From Tubulanus polymorphus (lineage: Eukaryota; Animalia; Nemertea): a stretch of DNA of 64,000 bases. The notes under the pieces were generated by a model. It saw only the letters and a program-made list of their open reading frames with translations. It did no database searches and was not told where the DNA came from. The first letter of the stretch is position 1. Every line of letters starts with the position of its first letter. Position numbers and translations under genes: made by a program. Below are positions 60,601-64,000 of the stretch, piece by piece. The stretch is taken from positions 15,723,101 through 15,787,100 of the forward strand of contig NC_134025.1 in the NCBI RefSeq assembly GCF_964204645.1. The letters are read 5' to 3'.

Positions 60601-63600
60601 CCGAAATGTGCTTTTCCCGTCGATTTGAGCGCTTTTGCGCATCGACATTTACATTTTTCCGATAAAACGAAAAGTCGACGAGCAAACGTCTTTTCTCGCG
60701 CTTAACGACGTTTTCGGGCTGAAATGTGCTTTTCCTGTCGATTTGAGTGATTTTGAATATCGACAATTACATTTTTCCGATAAAACGAATTATCGACGAC
60801 CAAATGTCTTTTCTCGCGCTGAACGACGCTTTCGGGCCGAAATGTGCTTTTCCTGTCGATTTGAGTGATTTTGAATATCGACTTTTTCATTTTTTCGATG
60901 GAACCAATAATCGACGAGTAAACGTCTTTTCTCGCGCTAAACGACGTTTTCGGGCCGAAATGTGCTTTTCCCGTCGATTTGAGCGCTTTTGCGCTTCGAC
61001 ATTTACATTTTTCCGATAAAACGAAAAGTCGACGAGCAAACGTCTTTTCTCGCGCTAAACGACGTTTTCGGGCCGAAATGTGCTTTTCCCGTCGATTTGA
61101 GCGCTTTTGCGCTTCGACATTTTCGTTTTTCCGATAGGGGGAATATTTGATACGAAAACGTCTTTTATCGCGCTGAACGACGTTTCCGGGTCGAAAAGTG
61201 CTTTTCCTGACGATTTGAGCCCTTTTACGCATCGACATTTTCGTTTTTCCGATAGAGGGAATATTTGATAGGAAAACGTCTTTTCTCGAGCTTAACGACG
61301 TTTTCGGGTGGAAATGTGCTTTTCCCGTCGATTTGAGTAATTTTGAATATCGACTTTTTCATTTTCTCGTTGGAATCAATAATCGACGAGCAAACGTCTT
61401 ATCTCGCGCTAAACGACGCTTACGGGCCGAAATGTGCTTTTCCTGTCGATTTGAGTGATTTTGAATATCGACTTTTTCATTTTTTCGATGGAACCAATAA
61501 TCGACGACCAAACGTCTTATCTCGCGCTAAACGAAGTTTTCGGGACGAAATGTGCTTTTCCCGTCGATTTGAGCGCTTTTGCGCATCTACATTTACATTT
61601 TTCCGATAAAACGAAAAGTCGACGAGCAAACGTCTTTTCTCGCGCTTAACGACGTTTTCGGGCCGAAATGTGCTTTTCGCGTCGATTTGAGTGATTTTGA
61701 ATATCGATTTTTTCATTTTTTCGATGGAACCAATAATCGACCAGCAAACGTCTTTTCTCGCGCTGAACGACGCTTACGGGCCGAAATGTGCTTTTCCTGT
61801 CGATTTGAGTGATTTTGAATATCGACTTTTTTATTTTTTCGATGGAACCAATAATCGACGAGCAAACGTCTTATCTCGCGCTAAACGAAGTTTTCGGGAC
61901 GAAATGTGCTTTTCCCGTCGATTTGAGCGCTTTTGCGCATCGACTTTTTCATTTTTCCGATAAAACGAAAAGTCGACGACTAAACGTCTTTTCTCGCGCT
62001 AAACGTTGTTTTCGGGCCGAAATGTGCTTTTCCAGTCGATTTGAGCGCTTTTGCGCATCGACTTTTTCATTGTTCCGATAAAACGAAAAGTCGACGAGCA
62101 AATGTCTTTTCTCGCGCTAAACGACGTTTTCGGGCCGAAATGTGCTCTTTCCGTCAATTTGAGCGCTTCTGCGTATCGACAATTTTATTTTTCCGATAAA
62201 ACGAAATATCGACGACCAAACGTCTTTTCTCGCGCTGAACGACGCTTTCGGGCCGAAAGGTGCTTTTCCTGTCGATTTGAGTGATTTTGAATGTCGACTT
62301 TTTCATTTTTTCGATGGAACCAATAATCGACGAGCAAACGTCTTTTCTCGCGCTGAACGACGCTTTCGGGCCGAAATGTGCTTTTCTTGTCGATTTGAGT
62401 GATTTTGAATATCGACTTTTTCATCTTTTCGATGGAACCAATAATCGACGAGCAAACGTCTTCTCTCGCGCTAAACGACGTTTTTCGGGCCGAAATGTGC
62501 TTTTCCCGTCGATTTGAGCGCTTTTGCGCATCGACATTTACATTTTTCCGATAAAACGAAAAGTCGACGAGCAAACGTCTTTTCTCGCGCTTAACGACGT
62601 TTTCGGGCCGAAATGTGCTTTTCCCGTCGATTTGAGCGCTTTTGCGCTTCGACATTTACATTTTTCCGATAAAACGAAAAGTCGACGAGCAAACGTCTTT
62701 TCTCGCGCTTAACGACGTTTTCGGGCCGAAATGTGCTTTTCCCGTCGATTTGAGCGCTTTTGCGCTTCGACATTTACATTTTTCCGATAAAACGAAAAGT
62801 CGACGAGCAAACGTCTTTTCTCGCGCATAACGACGCTTTCGGGCCGAAATGTGCTTTTCCCGTTGATTTGAGTGATTTTGAATATCGACTTTTTCATTTT
62901 TTCGATGGAACCAATAATCGACGAGCAAATGTCTTATCTCGCGCTAAACGAAGTTTTCGGGACGAAATGTGCTTTTCCCGTCGATTTGAGCGCTTTTGCG
63001 CATCGACATTTACATTTTTCCGATAAAACGAAAAGTCGACGAGCAAACGTCTTTTCTCGCGCCTAACGACGTTTTCGGGTCGAAATGTGCTTTTCCCGTC
63101 GATTTGAGTGATTTTGCGCTTCGACATTTACATTTTTCCGATAAAACGAAAAGTCGACGAGCAAACGTCTTTTCTCGCGCTAAACGACGTTTTCGGGCCG
63201 AAATGTGCTTTTCCCGTCGATTTGAGCGCTTTTGCGCATCGACATTTACATTTTTCCGATAAAACGAAAAGTCGACGAGCAAACGTCTTTTCTCTCTCTG
63301 AACGACGCTTTCGGGCCGAAATGTGCTTTTCTCGTCGATTTGAGCGCTTTTGCGCATCGACATTAACATTTTTCCAATAAAACGAATTATCGACGACCAA
63401 ACGTCTTTTCTCGCGCTGAACGACGCTTTCGGGCCGAAATCTGCTTTTCCTGTCGATTTGAGTGATTTTGAATATCGACTTTTTCATTTTTTCGATGGAA
63501 CCAATAATCGACGAGCAAAACGTCTTTTCTCGCGCTAAACGACGTTTTCGGGCCGAAATGTGCTTTTCCCGTCGATTTGAGCGCTTTTGCGCATCGACAT

Positions 63601-64000
63601 TTGCATTTTTGCGATAAAACGAAAAGTCGACGAGCAAACGTCTTTTCTCGCGCTTAACGACGTTTTCGGGCTGAAATGTGCTTTTCCCGTCGATTTGAGC
63701 GCTTTTACGCTTCGACATTTAGATTTTTCCGATCAAACGAAAAGTCGACGAGCAAACGTCTTTTCTCGCGCTTAACGACGTTTTCGGGCTGAAATGTGCT
63801 TTTCCTGTCGATTTGAGTGATTTTGAATATCGACAATTACATTTTTCCGATAAAACGAATTATCGACGACCAAATGTCTTTTCTCGCGCTAAACGACGTT
63901 TTCTGGCCGAAATGTGCTTTTTCCGTCAATTTGAGCGCTTCTGCGTATCGACAATTTTATTTTTCCGATAAAACGAAATATCGACGACCAAACGTCTTTT
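48664..64000. repeat. 118-bp satellite, subfamily B main block (~130 monomers; continues beyond window end), with a ~3.62-3.64-kb higher-order repeat
   Basis: B monomers (ATCGACATTTACATTTTTCCGATAAAACGAAAAGTCGACG) and B' monomers (GAGTGATTTTGAATATCGACTTTTTCATTTTTTCGATGGAACCAATAATCGAC) are mixed. Matching ORFs recur at 52190/55815/59457 and 54080/57703/61343. Local periods of 354 and 944 bp are also present. Confidence 0.97.

Noticed and set aside
320-63775. Hundreds of short K/R/F-rich ORFs on both strands within the satellite
   Set aside because: They are translations of the 118-bp repeat. The same peptides recur, frames switch at homopolymer indels, and no protein domain is recognisable.
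1-64000. CRISPR-like or diversity-generating array (regular repeats with palindromes next to a reverse transcriptase)
   Set aside because: There are no unique spacers, since the entire monomer repeats. No cas or accessory genes are present. The RT belongs to an LTR retrotransposon with its own LTRs and a TSD that splits a monomer, so the element arrived after the array formed.

Overview
Eukaryotic (probably invertebrate animal) satellite DNA with the architecture expected of a centromeric or pericentromeric array. About 58 kb of the window is a head-to-tail, single-orientation array of a CpG-rich, palindrome-rich 118-bp monomer. The monomer occurs as two related subfamilies arranged in blocks: A (1-~27674), a B island (~27675-~35460), A with different private variants (~35461-~48663), and B (~48664-64000). 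Nested higher-order repeats of about 354, 472, 590, 826, 1293, 2599, 3040-3394, 3425, ~3630 and 4468 bp are present. The only non-satellite DNA is one full-length 6,009-bp BEL/Pao LTR retrotransposon (28428-34436, + strand) in the middle of the B island. It has 242-bp LTRs differing at one site, a 5-bp ACTTT target-site duplication, a tRNA-His primer-binding site and a single gag-PR-RT-RNaseH-IN frame. That frame has an in-frame TAG inside gag and no in-frame ATG at its 5' end. The many short ORFs in the satellite are translation artefacts of the repeat. No host genes, RNA genes or CRISPR arrays are supported. Centromeric function is an inference and cannot be shown from sequence alone.
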